A program made the position numbers and the translations under genes. Source: a bacterium (lineage in GTDB: Bacteria; Patescibacteriota; Minisyncoccia; Minisyncoccales; CG1-02-41-26). From it: a stretch of 64,000 nt of DNA. Positions 29,286-39,227 of the stretch are shown here, one piece after another. The notes beneath the pieces are model-generated. The model saw nothing but the letters and a program-made list of their open reading frames with translations, had not been told where the DNA came from and ran no database searches. The stretch spans positions 48,348 through 112,347 of the forward strand of contig JAUXAO010000001.1 of the NCBI GenBank assembly GCA_030619905.1, written 5' to 3'. How positions within the stretch are numbered: position 1 is the first letter of the stretch; the number at the start of each line of letters is the position of its first letter.

Positions 29286-30815
29286 CTACCGAGCGTATTC
29301 TACTACCCTAGTCTCACGAATAACATTCACTTTTATCTCACCAGGATAATTAAGTTCCTCTTGAATTCTTGAAGCAATATCTTTGGCTAATTTATAAGCT
29401 TCAAGGTCGTCAATCTGTTCTGGTTCAACAAAGACCCGAATCTCTCTACCAGCTTGAATAGCATAAGCCCTGTTTACTCCTGGAAAACTCAAGGCAATAT
29501 CTTCTAATTCTTTTAATCTCTTGAGATAATTTTCTAAACTGTCTTTTCTGGCACCTGGTCTGGCTCCAGAAATAGCATCAGCAGTTTTTACTAAAATCGC
29601 TTCAATACTTTCAGCTGGATATTCATCGTGGTGAGCTTTCATAGCGTTAATTACTTCTTCCTTTTCATCAAATCTCTCTAGGATTTTTATCCCGATATCA
29701 ACATGAGAACCTTGAATTTGTTGGTCAACCGCTTTTCCAATATCGTGTAAAAGACCAGCTCTTCTTGCTACCTCAACATCTACTTTTAATTCCTCTGCTA
29801 AGGCTGAGGCTAAATGACTTACCTCAATAGAATGAAGTAAAACGTTCTGACCATAACTTGTCCTAAAATATAATCTCCCTAAAAGATGGACTAGTTTTGG
29901 ATGAAGATCTAAAATACCTGTTTCATAAACTGCTTTTTCTCCTGCTTCTTTTATCTGCTCTGCTATTTGTTCTTTTGCTGAAGAAACCACTTCCTCAATT
30001 CTGGCTGGCTGAATTCTTCCATCCTGAACAAGTTTTTCCAAAGCAACTTTGGCAATCTGACGTCTAATAGGGCTAAAACCAGAAATAATAACTGCTTCTG
30101 GGGTATCGTCAACTATAACTTCCACACCGGTCAGTTTTTCAAATACCTTGATATTTCTTCCTTCTTTTCCAATAATTCTTCCTTTAACTTCATCCGAGGG
30201 AAGAGCTAAGGTGGTAGTTGTTATTTCCTGAGCCTGAGAAAGACCGTATTTTTGAATAGCTTGAGTTATTATCTCTTTGGCTCTCTTTTCGAGTCGTTCT
30301 TCACCCACATTATTTAACTTTTGCATTCTTTCTAATATTTCTTTTTGATGTTCTTTTTCTACACTTTCTAAAAGTTTTTTCTTTGCTTCTTCCTTAGAAA
30401 GACCAGAGATTTTTTCCAATTCACTCTTGGCTTTTTCCTCCAGTTCCAGTACTCCTTCTTTCACTTTTTTAAGTTGACCTACTTTTTCTTTAAACTCTTT
30501 TTCTTTGTCCTCAAAAAGAGATATCTTTTCGTCTAAAGTATGTTCTCTTTTTAAAAGAATCCTTTCGGTTTTTAAAATTTGATTTCTTCTTTCATCGCTG
30601 TCTTTCTGAGCAGCAGCAACTACTTCTTTTGCTTTTTCCCGAGTTTTTTCTAAAATTTCTTCGGCTTCAACTTTGGTTTGGGAAATTTTCTTCTGAAGCT
30701 TTGCCTCTATGCTCCCCTTTCTCTTTCTAAGAATTGACTGGCGAGCATAATAACCTAAAACAGCTCCTACCCATAACAAAGCAATGCCTATTAAAAATAG
30801 GATAAATTGATTCAT
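29286..30815 (-). CDS. rny: Ribonuclease Y
   Basis: N-terminal TM, coiled coil, KH domain (KGRIIGKEGRNI), HD domain (LLHDIGK). Confidence 0.97.
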   Translation of the reverse strand: MNQFILFLIGIALLWVGAVLGYYARQSILRKRKGSIEAKLQKKISQTKVEAEEILEKTREKAKEVVAAAQKDSDERRNQILKTERILLKREHTLDEKISLFEDKEKEFKEKVGQLKKVKEGVLELEEKAKSELEKISGLSKEEAKKKLLESVEKEHQKEILERMQKLNNVGEERLEKRAKEIITQAIQKYGLSQAQEITTTTLALPSDEVKGRIIGKEGRNIKVFEKLTGVEVIVDDTPEAVIISGFSPIRRQIAKVALEKLVQDGRIQPARIEEVVSSAKEQIAEQIKEAGEKAVYETGILDLHPKLVHLLGRLYFRTSYGQNVLLHSIEVSHLASALAEELKVDVEVARRAGLLHDIGKAVDQQIQGSHVDIGIKILERFDEKEEVINAMKAHHDEYPAESIEAILVKTADAISGARPGARKDSLENYLKRLKELEDIALSFPGVNRAYAIQAGREIRVFVEPEQIDDLEAYKLAKDIASRIQEELNYPGEIKVNVIRETRVVEYAR

Positions 30816-30916
30816 AATTCAAACTAAAATTTTGGTAATTAAACATAGGTTTGATACTTTGGGTATCAAAATTATCCACCAAATTTCAATAATTAATTTC
30901 TAAGCCCATTTTAATC

Positions 30917-30940
30917 AAAAAAGCCCTTTTTGTAAAGGGC
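30917..30940 (-). terminator. Intrinsic terminator after the FnIII/PKD protein gene
   Basis: GCCCTTT-aca-AAAAGGGC-TTTTTT on the minus strand. Confidence 0.7.
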
Positions 30941-30984
30941 ATATTCAGTAGACAATATCTAATAAAATAATCAGGGTTCAATTA

Positions 30985-32025
30985 TTATGGCGCTGACTCC
31001 TCCCATTCAGGTAATGGAAAAGTAACTCCAACCTGCTGGGTTTTACCACAAGTACCAACATCATCAGTTATTTCAAGTTTAATATTATAAGAATCTGAAC
31101 TACTGAATTTCATTTGGGGATTTTCCGTCGTATTTGTGGTTGACGTCCCTACTAATTCCACTCCTAGAGGTAATGTCCAGAGAAAAGTTTTTCCTGAACA
31201 AGATATAGGATTATTGTTTATATCATAGCAAGTACTGACATTCTCGGAACAAACACCAACTTCCTGAACTGCACAAAATTGGACAATCTCATCTACGCTT
31301 GGTGGAGAAGGAGACCAAGTAAAATCAGGGTCAGGATAAATATGCTGAGGAGTAGTAAATGATGGTCCATAAATCCAACTAGACTGAAGATCCTTGTCAT
31401 CCCAAACCTTTAATCTCCAATAATATGTGGTTTTGTAAGAAAGTCCGCTTGCTGTATAGATTTCTGAAGAAGAATAGACTTTACCAGAATCTACTTCCAA
31501 CGAAGAAAAATCAGAATTGTTATCTACTTGAACTTGATAAGCTCCTTGAGTATCACCCGGGTCAGAGTCGGAAAATTGCCAAGATAAAAACACATAGAGA
31601 GCACTACCACAATAATTTCCCTCTGTAACAGTTAGATCGGTAGCTGTTGGAGCATTATTAGTTATTGTTATAGTAACAGTATCACTTACTGTTCCACCTC
31701 CACCAGTACAGGTAACATTATAAGTAGTAGTAATAATCGGCGAAACAACATAGTTATAGTTCCCATCGTTAAGACTCTCATTAGAAATCACTCCTTGGGT
31801 AATAGAACAGATAGCAAAACTATCAGGAGTATTATCAACCTTGAGAGTCAGGGTTGATGAATTTCCTGCAGGAATAGCAGTCGGAAAAGCAGTAAACTCA
31901 ATACAGATCTCACAATGAATATCAAGTTGGGCAAAGATAAACTGCCTAAAAACTATTAATCCTGTTATTATTGAAAATGCTATAAGGAAAAAGATAAATC
32001 TTTTTTTGTTTTCGGACAACTTCAT
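30985..32025 (-). CDS. Secreted/membrane-anchored Ig-like (FnIII/PKD) surface protein
   Basis: N-terminal TM, TTTYNVTCTG, WQFSDSD..QGAYQVQVD..TYYWRLKVWD, PKD-like C-terminus. Confidence 0.75.
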   Translation of the reverse strand: MKLSENKKRFIFFLIAFSIITGLIVFRQFIFAQLDIHCEICIEFTAFPTAIPAGNSSTLTLKVDNTPDSFAICSITQGVISNESLNDGNYNYVVSPIITTTYNVTCTGGGGTVSDTVTITITNNAPTATDLTVTEGNYCGSALYVFLSWQFSDSDPGDTQGAYQVQVDNNSDFSSLEVDSGKVYSSSEIYTASGLSYKTTYYWRLKVWDDKDLQSSWIYGPSFTTPQHIYPDPDFTWSPSPPSVDEIVQFCAVQEVGVCSENVSTCYDINNNPISCSGKTFLWTLPLGVELVGTSTTNTTENPQMKFSSSDSYNIKLEITDDVGTCGKTQQVGVTFPLPEWEESAP

Positions 32026-32058
32026 AACCTTAACGTTCTTAATCTAACTCTTTATATT

Positions 32059-32088
32059 ATTATACTTGAAGTTTTAAAACTGTGTCAA
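32059..32088 (-). promoter_or_regulatory. sigma70 promoter for the FnIII/PKD gene
   Basis: TTGACA-18 bp-TATAAT on the minus strand. Confidence 0.75.
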
Positions 32089-32094
32089 CTCAAA

Positions 32095-33315
32095 TTATCC
32101 TATTAAAGAGGCGATAATCGAACCTCTAAATAAAATGGTAACAATTAGACCTATGAATATCAAAATAGCAAATGGCGACGGTTTATATACTTCTAATAGT
32201 TTTATTTCTTTTCCTTTCACAAACTCCTTTAAAAATACTATCTGTTCTTCAGTTAGACCATCCGAATAAATCTTACCAATGGATTTTTTAAATAATCCTT
32301 CTTCTTTGCCTTTTAATTTATTGATTGTTTCTTCGGTCAAGCGCATACCTGATTTTAATTCTTCTATTTTGACTTTTTGAATCTCTTTTTCCTTAACATA
32401 CCAATCAAACGTTTTTCTAAAAGCAAAACCTCCAAAAATGATTATGGCTGTAACACTTAACATGGGTCTTATTATGAGAGCAGGAGATTGATTTAAACCA
32501 ATCCATTTATAGAACAACCAGAGAAGAAGAGCTACAGCTGCTACATAAAAAACCTTTTTAATTTTTTGTAAGAATTTCATTAAAAAAACAAAAACTCCTA
32601 AAAAAGTGATAAGCAAAACCCATTTTTCAAGGCCCAATATAATCGTGAAAAAATAAGTTAAATTTTCACCTATAATACTTTTAAAAAAGAGTCCAAAAAA
32701 ACTAACCATAACAAAGAAAATAACAAGAAGATTAAGAATTTCTTTAAATAGTGAGAAAATGCTCCTTTTAAATTCTTTTTCTCGAGCAATTTTTTCTTTT
32801 TCAGTTAAAGTTTCTTTTTTCCTTATAAAAATCCGACGAATAAAAGTGAAAACAAGTATTATTAAAAATATCCCTAAAGCAATAATGAAAATATTCAATA
32901 ATAAAGCAAAAGAAGGAAAATAAGATAAGTACGTTTTTGAATAAAATCTTAAAGGTAAAAGGAAAGAAAAAAGAGTAAAAAGTTTAGCATCTCCAGCCGA
33001 CCAAACATTCCAAAACCACATTAAAAATCCCATTCCTAAAGCGATGCCTGTATTAAGAGCGACTTCGCCGAGATAAGAAAGTTTAAAAACCGAGAAAGAA
33101 TATGGACTGATTTTAAAATATTCAAGAATCCAAAAAGTAAAATTCCAGAGAATATATAAACTAAAGATTGTTATGCCCCATAAAAAACCAATTTTTATCC
33201 ATTTATTTTTGATCTTGCCATATTTAAAATCTTCAAAACTAGTAATAAAACCAATAATAAAAATAGGAATCAAAAAAATATAATCTGTAAAAAAAAATTT
33301 ACTTAATAGAAACAT
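32095..33315 (-). CDS. Peptidase A24 (prepilin/preflagellin peptidase), archaeal FlaK/EppA-like architecture
   Basis: SFEDFKYGKIKN and WSAGDAKL catalytic Asp motifs, many TMs, C-terminal ELKSGM..GLTEEQI..PFAILIFIG; ATG at 33315 preferred. Confidence 0.82.
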   Translation of the reverse strand: MFLLSKFFFTDYIFLIPIFIIGFITSFEDFKYGKIKNKWIKIGFLWGITIFSLYILWNFTFWILEYFKISPYSFSVFKLSYLGEVALNTGIALGMGFLMWFWNVWSAGDAKLFTLFSFLLPLRFYSKTYLSYFPSFALLLNIFIIALGIFLIILVFTFIRRIFIRKKETLTEKEKIAREKEFKRSIFSLFKEILNLLVIFFVMVSFFGLFFKSIIGENLTYFFTIILGLEKWVLLITFLGVFVFLMKFLQKIKKVFYVAAVALLLWLFYKWIGLNQSPALIIRPMLSVTAIIIFGGFAFRKTFDWYVKEKEIQKVKIEELKSGMRLTEETINKLKGKEEGLFKKSIGKIYSDGLTEEQIVFLKEFVKGKEIKLLEVYKPSPFAILIFIGLIVTILFRGSIIASLIG

Positions 33316-34237
33316 TTTGAATCGGGCGATATTTATCAGTTGTTCCCTCGACAATATATTTTTTCTTGATTGGCTTAAACTCGTCACTGCCAACTTTTTC
33401 AAGATAATCTTTATGGATACCTAAACAATATTTTTTGTAAAGGCAAACTTCACACTTAGGCAAAAAAGTTATTTCATATTCTGGAAGCGTTCTCCAGGTA
33501 TATTTCCATAAAGAATGGTCAATTGTACAGAGGGGAAAATGATAAAAGCGGAATCCTTTAAATTCTGGAATCCATTTAGCTATTTTTGGTATAAATTTTC
33601 TAAACTGAGTATAGGTTAATCCAACAATTTTGAAGTTTTTTTTTGCTTGACCTTCCATTTCCATAAAAATAATCACGATTCGGTCTACTTCAGGAAAATG
33701 ATCCTTGATAAACTCCAATATTTTCTCAGTATACTTATAAGTAAGCTTAGTAATAATAATTCTTAATTCTAATTCATGAAGACCAAGATTTTTATACTTA
33801 AAAATATTTTCAATCCCTTTTATAGTTTGCAAAAAACTCCCCGGTGTTCTAGTAACAGCATCATGAGTCTTTGCATTAAATCCGTGCAAAGATGTATAAA
33901 TATTTATTCTTTTGAATCTTAAAACCTTTTTAGTAAAAGAATCATAACAAAATCTCCTCCCATTAGTGTCTAATTCTATTATTACCGGGGGAAATATTCT
34001 TTTAATGAAAGAAAGTATTCTAAAAAAATCCGGATGGATTGTTGGTTCTCCACCAGTTAGAATCATTTTATCGTCAATCAAGTTGCCTCTTTCATCGAAA
34101 ATTTTAGCAGCACTAATTCTTTTCTTAAGTTCATTAAAACCGTAATTATCATAGGAATCCTTGGCTTGAAAATCAGACGGATTCGTACACATAATACAGT
34201 TACTATTACATTTATTCCAAATAGAAATCACCGGCAT
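33299..34237 (-). CDS. Radical SAM protein, HxsC-like
   Basis: CNSNCIMC, LTGGEPT, HFPLC, C-terminal CxxCLYKKYCLG. Confidence 0.88.
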   Translation of the reverse strand: MPVISIWNKCNSNCIMCTNPSDFQAKDSYDNYGFNELKKRISAAKIFDERGNLIDDKMILTGGEPTIHPDFFRILSFIKRIFPPVIIELDTNGRRFCYDSFTKKVLRFKRINIYTSLHGFNAKTHDAVTRTPGSFLQTIKGIENIFKYKNLGLHELELRIIITKLTYKYTEKILEFIKDHFPEVDRIVIIFMEMEGQAKKNFKIVGLTYTQFRKFIPKIAKWIPEFKGFRFYHFPLCTIDHSLWKYTWRTLPEYEITFLPKCEVCLYKKYCLGIHKDYLEKVGSDEFKPIKKKYIVEGTTDKYRPIQNVSIK

Positions 34238-34271
34238 AATTCAAAATTATATTAAGATTATTATTTTATTT

Positions 34272-34481
34272 CTAATTAATATCAAAAGTGATCCTTTCTT
34301 GCTCTTTAAGCTCTCCAATTATTGCTTCCTCTATCTCGTAGAATTTTGCTTCACTTTTTAACTCTTTTTGAGCGCGAGTTATAGCTTTTTTTATATCTGA
34401 AGCCCTAACATATCCTAATACCTCATAATGTTCCTGACTCCGATAAACGACTATGTATCTCTTTAATAATGTTTTAGCCAT
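34272..34481 (-). CDS. Small hypothetical protein
   Basis: 69 aa; start overlaps the upstream rSAM stop. Confidence 0.65.
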   Translation of the reverse strand: MAKTLLKRYIVVYRSQEHYEVLGYVRASDIKKAITRAQKELKSEAKFYEIEEAIIGELKEQERITFDIN

Positions 34482-35427
34482 ATTTTTTATTTATTTTTAT
34501 TTTTTTATTAACAGGGATAAGTTCTTTATCTCCATAATATTTTAAGTATTCTTTCCAAATTCCCTCACATTCATCATAAAGCTTACATCCTTCACATCTT
34601 TTAGTTTTTGCTCTACCAACTACCCGACGAGATTCTTCAACATCTCGATTCTCGAAATCTGGAGCCAAATGTTCAGTATGAAAAATTACTACCTCCTTTA
34701 ATTCGCTTATCTGGTCTAAATAATCAGTAAAATAACAAAGAGGAACATAACGGATATCCCAATGAGGAACTTTATAAATTCTACCAACATCAAGACATTT
34801 GCGAATATAGGATGCTGCCTCTGAGATTTTTGGAACAAATTTATAAAAATCATCATGGGCCGCTCCATAAGTCGGGTCAACAAAAATAAATTCTGAATTT
34901 CTAATTCCCAAATCGTAAATCAATTTTCCAATATGAGACAAGTTTTTGTAGTTTTGTTTAATTATTGTGGTATTTGAACCAATATCCTTTAGCCCTGCTT
35001 TTCTTACATTTTTTATTCCTTTTTTTAACTGCTCAAAACTACCTGGAACCTGAGTTAAAGAATCATGTAACTTAGCATTATGCCCATGAATAGAAAAAAC
35101 CAAACTATTTAAACCGGCTTCAATTATCTCTTCGGCAAACTTCTTGTAAGAATACATTCGACCATTAGTTGCCATCATTATCGTTTCAAACCCCAACTCC
35201 TTAGCGAATTTTATTAACTCGATAATATCCTGCCTAATACTCATCTCCCCTCCAACTAATTCTAAATAAGTTGTTCCTGAATTTTTGGCCTCCGCCATTT
35301 CTTTTTTTATCTGAAGGGTCGTTTTCTGAGGAATACTATTTCTTTTATGAATATTCAAACAGAAAATGCAATTATTATTGCAACGGTATCCAGGGATAAT
35401 AACTGTTTTTTTAATTTTAAAAGTCAT
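34474..35427 (-). CDS. Radical SAM protein (HxsC-related)
   Basis: CNNNCIFC, VGGE, YVPLC, CEGCKLYDECEGIW. Confidence 0.9.
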   Translation of the reverse strand: MTFKIKKTVIIPGYRCNNNCIFCLNIHKRNSIPQKTTLQIKKEMAEAKNSGTTYLELVGGEMSIRQDIIELIKFAKELGFETIMMATNGRMYSYKKFAEEIIEAGLNSLVFSIHGHNAKLHDSLTQVPGSFEQLKKGIKNVRKAGLKDIGSNTTIIKQNYKNLSHIGKLIYDLGIRNSEFIFVDPTYGAAHDDFYKFVPKISEAASYIRKCLDVGRIYKVPHWDIRYVPLCYFTDYLDQISELKEVVIFHTEHLAPDFENRDVEESRRVVGRAKTKRCEGCKLYDECEGIWKEYLKYYGDKELIPVNKKIKINKKYG

Positions 35428-35439
35428 CTTTTATTTTGA

Positions 35440-36348
35440 TTATTTCTCTTTAAAATCAAGGATAAACCCATCTGTTTTATCTTTTTTAAGATAAGAATAA
35501 AGGGATGAATTATTTTTAAGTATCTCGATCTTTTTTTCTTTAATGACAATCTTATTTCCTTTTATTATTTTATTAAGTAATGAAAAATCTATCGGAGAAA
35601 TCGGAAGAATCACTTTCTTGTAAAATAAGGTATTTTTTCTAACATATCCATCAAGGATAACCCATTTAAAAACATCAAAAAATAAGATTGGCTTAGAAAG
35701 AGTATATGTTACTACTTTTTCCACCTCAGGGGCATATTTTTTTAATAAAGCATTAATCTCTTTACCTGTTTTTATACTCTTCTGACAATTATAACTACAA
35801 GGAATATGGGAAATAAATTGCAGATATACAATAGGGATGGGAAAACGTTTATTCAAAAGAAGATATTGTTCTAATTTTTCATAGTCTTCTTTAGTATAAA
35901 GCCTAGTGGAAAAATTTAACAAATTATTTGTCAAAAAATTAAACTGTTTACTATTTTGATAGGATTGATAAGTTACAATTGGAGAATAACGTTGAAGGTT
36001 ATGTTGAAAAAAATACGAATGATTTTTAATACAACATTCTGGGTACCCTAATAATTTTCCGATTTTTTCTGAATCTTTTCTAGCAGTAAGGGAATTTACT
36101 GCCTCCTTTGCTATTTCTTTTTTCTTTGAAAGAGCACAGACTGTTATTTGTTTATTTGCTATAATTTTTTGTTTACACTCGATACTTAACTCTGGGAATT
36201 CACGGATAATTATTCTCTTTCTTTTTTCATTAAGATCCATGGTAAAACAAGGTTTTATTCCTGCTATAACTGCTAAAATTTCTTGAAGAATTACGCCTGT
36301 TTTAGAGACATTCAATAGTTTTTTTCTAAGTTTTTGGGATGTATTCAT
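35440..36348 (-). CDS. Hypothetical protein with a DUF483-like GYPECC motif
   Basis: IGKLLGYPECCI and HIPCSYNC motifs. Confidence 0.6.
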   Translation of the reverse strand: MNTSQKLRKKLLNVSKTGVILQEILAVIAGIKPCFTMDLNEKRKRIIIREFPELSIECKQKIIANKQITVCALSKKKEIAKEAVNSLTARKDSEKIGKLLGYPECCIKNHSYFFQHNLQRYSPIVTYQSYQNSKQFNFLTNNLLNFSTRLYTKEDYEKLEQYLLLNKRFPIPIVYLQFISHIPCSYNCQKSIKTGKEINALLKKYAPEVEKVVTYTLSKPILFFDVFKWVILDGYVRKNTLFYKKVILPISPIDFSLLNKIIKGNKIVIKEKKIEILKNNSSLYSYLKKDKTDGFILDFKEK

Positions 36349-36412
36349 AGAAAATATTCAATAGCTACATACCAACAGAGATTAGATTACTTTATCAGTT
36401 AATACCCGGTAT

Positions 36413-37258
36413 CTATAACCTGAATTCCTTGGTCCAATATAAATCTATATAAGATTTTAAAACTCCGTCGCATTTATCGCTATAAGGACAATTTTTACAT
36501 AAAGGAATTCTTACTTTTTCTGGATTTTTTTCAAGACAAGGAAAAAAATATTTTCTTCCTTCCTTAGGAAGCGCACAAGGAAGAAATTCTACCAGTAAAA
36601 ATTTAAGAGAGAAATCAGTTTTGTAATCTTCTAAGATATTTATCACATACTGACCAAGTTCACTCATCTTCATTATAATCTTTTTACTGCGGGAACGTTT
36701 AGAAAGAGGAGCAGCATTGAGAATATTGATTTCCTTTATTCCTAAATCTTTTACTAAATTAATCATTTTAGGAAGTTCCAGATAATTTATTTTAGTCAAA
36801 AGTAGATTAATAATCAAGCTAAAATTTTCTTTTTTAAGGTCCAATATATTTTTTATTCCCATTATAGTTTGAGAAAAACTTCCATTAACTCGAGTCTGGT
36901 TATCATGTACTTCAGGGGTCGCTCCATTAAGAGAAACAACTATTTGATTAACTCCAGCAGCAAATATTTTTTTAACAAAATCCCTGTAAGCAAGTAGTCG
37001 TCCGTTAGTGGTAAAACCAATTTGCCTAAAATCTAGTTTTTGGGTAAATTCCAAAATTTCAATAAAATCCTTTCTTAAAGTCGGTTCTCTCCCCATAAAA
37101 TTAACAAAATCATAATGTTTTCTGGCTTGGGAAACTTCTTTTTTTATCTGTTTAATGGTTTTTAACTTTAAATCTTCCATATATTCGTCTGCTTCTGAAC
37201 AAAAAATACAATTATTATTACAACGGTAACTAATATATATATAAGGACTAATTTCCAT
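36413..37258 (-). CDS. Radical SAM protein (HxsC-related)
   Basis: CNNNCIFC, MGREPT, FLPC, CKNCPYSDKCDG. Confidence 0.9.
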   Translation of the reverse strand: MEISPYIYISYRCNNNCIFCSEADEYMEDLKLKTIKQIKKEVSQARKHYDFVNFMGREPTLRKDFIEILEFTQKLDFRQIGFTTNGRLLAYRDFVKKIFAAGVNQIVVSLNGATPEVHDNQTRVNGSFSQTIMGIKNILDLKKENFSLIINLLLTKINYLELPKMINLVKDLGIKEINILNAAPLSKRSRSKKIIMKMSELGQYVINILEDYKTDFSLKFLLVEFLPCALPKEGRKYFFPCLEKNPEKVRIPLCKNCPYSDKCDGVLKSYIDLYWTKEFRL

Positions 37259-37272
37259 AAAAAATGTGATGT

Positions 37273-38268
37273 TTATTCTACGTTTTCTTTAATAAATTCT
37301 CTAATTTTTCTCAACCGCTGCTCATCTTTTACTGGTCTAAGCTCCTCTGTTCCATATATCTGAGCATATATTTTCCAAAGACCAGCGCAGTAATTATTTA
37401 AAAGACAAATATTGCATCTTTCTGGCTTTATCTTGCTTTTACTATGAAATTCTTTTGTAGCTAATTGATATTGTTTTTTTACTTTCCCATCGATTAATTT
37501 AATATTTTCTGGCTGGTCAATAATTTGTTGAGCTATAAAATATTGCTCATAATTCTTGAAAAAACATAAAGGAACCATTCCACAACTGGAAATACTAAAA
37601 AATATATCTTTCTTCTTGCAAAGATCCAAGGCTTTTAAAAAATAAGGTTCTACTTCTGAAAGCTTTGGAAATATATGTTTATTTTTCAAAGCGGCACCAG
37701 CAGGATAAATAAAAGAAAAAATTACACACTTTATTGCCGGAAAACAATTAGAAAGAAATTCAATAAAATCAGGAGTATCTTTGTAATTTTGTCTTGCGAT
37801 AATATGATAAATAGAAATATATGCCCCAAGATTCAAGAGATTCTCAATGCCTTTTATGGTCTTCTTAAAGGTATTAGGAGTATCAACCAAATATTCGGAA
37901 ATTTCTTTTTTATGAGAATGAAGAGAGACCGAAAAAGATGGTTGTGTTTTACGAAAAGCAGAAACTATTTTAGCAGCAAATTTCTTATCAGAAAATTTAA
38001 GGGCATTAGTTAAAATACAAATTTTTCTGAACCCTAAATCTTCTGCAAAACTGATCAGTTCAGGCAGGTCTTTTCTTAAAGTTGGCTCTCCTCCGTCAAA
38101 CTGTAATTCTTGATAATTTTCCTCATATCCCTTTTTAATTTCCTTTTTACATTCTTCCGTATCAAGAGTTATTTCAGGATCTTTACTTTCTCTTTTCACA
38201 CAAAAAAGACAATTCTCATTACAAGAAGAAAGTGAAGAAAAATAAAACTTTTTTACTCTTTTAAACAT
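37273..38268 (-). CDS. Radical SAM protein (HxsC-related)
   Basis: CNENCLFC, DGGEPT, VPLC, CNICLLNNYCAG; ATG at 38268 preferred. Confidence 0.9.
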   Translation of the reverse strand: MFKRVKKFYFSSLSSCNENCLFCVKRESKDPEITLDTEECKKEIKKGYEENYQELQFDGGEPTLRKDLPELISFAEDLGFRKICILTNALKFSDKKFAAKIVSAFRKTQPSFSVSLHSHKKEISEYLVDTPNTFKKTIKGIENLLNLGAYISIYHIIARQNYKDTPDFIEFLSNCFPAIKCVIFSFIYPAGAALKNKHIFPKLSEVEPYFLKALDLCKKKDIFFSISSCGMVPLCFFKNYEQYFIAQQIIDQPENIKLIDGKVKKQYQLATKEFHSKSKIKPERCNICLLNNYCAGLWKIYAQIYGTEELRPVKDEQRLRKIREFIKENVE

Positions 38269-39224
38269 TGATGTTTTTGGCTCAGAGCCATAATTTCTTC
38301 TTGACCATACAAATCTAAATAATCTTTCCAAATCCCACCGCATTCCTTGTAAAACTTGCATTTCACGCAGATACCTATTCTTTCCTTATGGATATCTGTA
38401 TAGATGTCATCTTCCTTTTTTTTAAATCTCACAGGTTTATATCCTATTTGTTTGGCAATGTTTTTCCTACCTTCAGCTGTAATAAAAGTAGTATGAAGAT
38501 TATCTTTTATTTCCGATTTAAAAAGACAAAGAGGGAAATCAAAAAAAGTAACAAGATCAAATTTATTTAAGATGCTTTCAAGATTATTTAAGGCGTCTGA
38601 TAAATCATTCATTCTCACCACTAATGTCTCATAGAAATCTTTTGCATAGCCGTCGGGAATAAGGTCTAAAATATTGAAAAATTTAATTTTTAAAGAGAGG
38701 ATAAACTTCCCCATATCAGTAAGATGAGAATAGTTCAACTTGGAAATTACCGTGTTTACAATAATTATCACTTCAGGAAACTTTTGAATGTTTTTTATTC
38801 CTTGAATAGTTTGTTCAAAAGCATTAGGAGTACGAGTGACAGCATTATGAATTTTTGCATTGTGCCCATAAAGGGAAAAATTGATTCGCCTTACACCATT
38901 TTTAATCAATTCCTCGGCAAAATCATTATAACTCAACATTCTTCCATTGGTACTCAGGGCTATATCTTTATAACCTAAATCTTTAGCAGATTTTATTAAA
39001 TCTAAAATATCTTTTCTTATAGTTGGTTCACCACCAGTAAATTCTACTCTTCTAAAGCCCTGCTTTATGCCTTTTTGAAGATCGTCTAATATTTCTTGAG
39101 TAGTCCTGTCTTTATAATTCTTCTCTTTGGGCTTAGTGGTACACATAATACAGTTATTATTACATGAAAACCCAAGCATGGCTAAAAATACTTGATCTGA
39201 TGGTTTATTTAAAGATTGAGGCAT
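38253..39224 (-). CDS. Radical SAM protein (HxsC-related)
   Basis: CNNNCIMC, TGGEPT, FPLC, CVKCKFYKECGG. Confidence 0.9.
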   Translation of the reverse strand: MPQSLNKPSDQVFLAMLGFSCNNNCIMCTTKPKEKNYKDRTTQEILDDLQKGIKQGFRRVEFTGGEPTIRKDILDLIKSAKDLGYKDIALSTNGRMLSYNDFAEELIKNGVRRINFSLYGHNAKIHNAVTRTPNAFEQTIQGIKNIQKFPEVIIIVNTVISKLNYSHLTDMGKFILSLKIKFFNILDLIPDGYAKDFYETLVVRMNDLSDALNNLESILNKFDLVTFFDFPLCLFKSEIKDNLHTTFITAEGRKNIAKQIGYKPVRFKKKEDDIYTDIHKERIGICVKCKFYKECGGIWKDYLDLYGQEEIMALSQKHQCLKE

Positions 39225-39227
39225 AAA

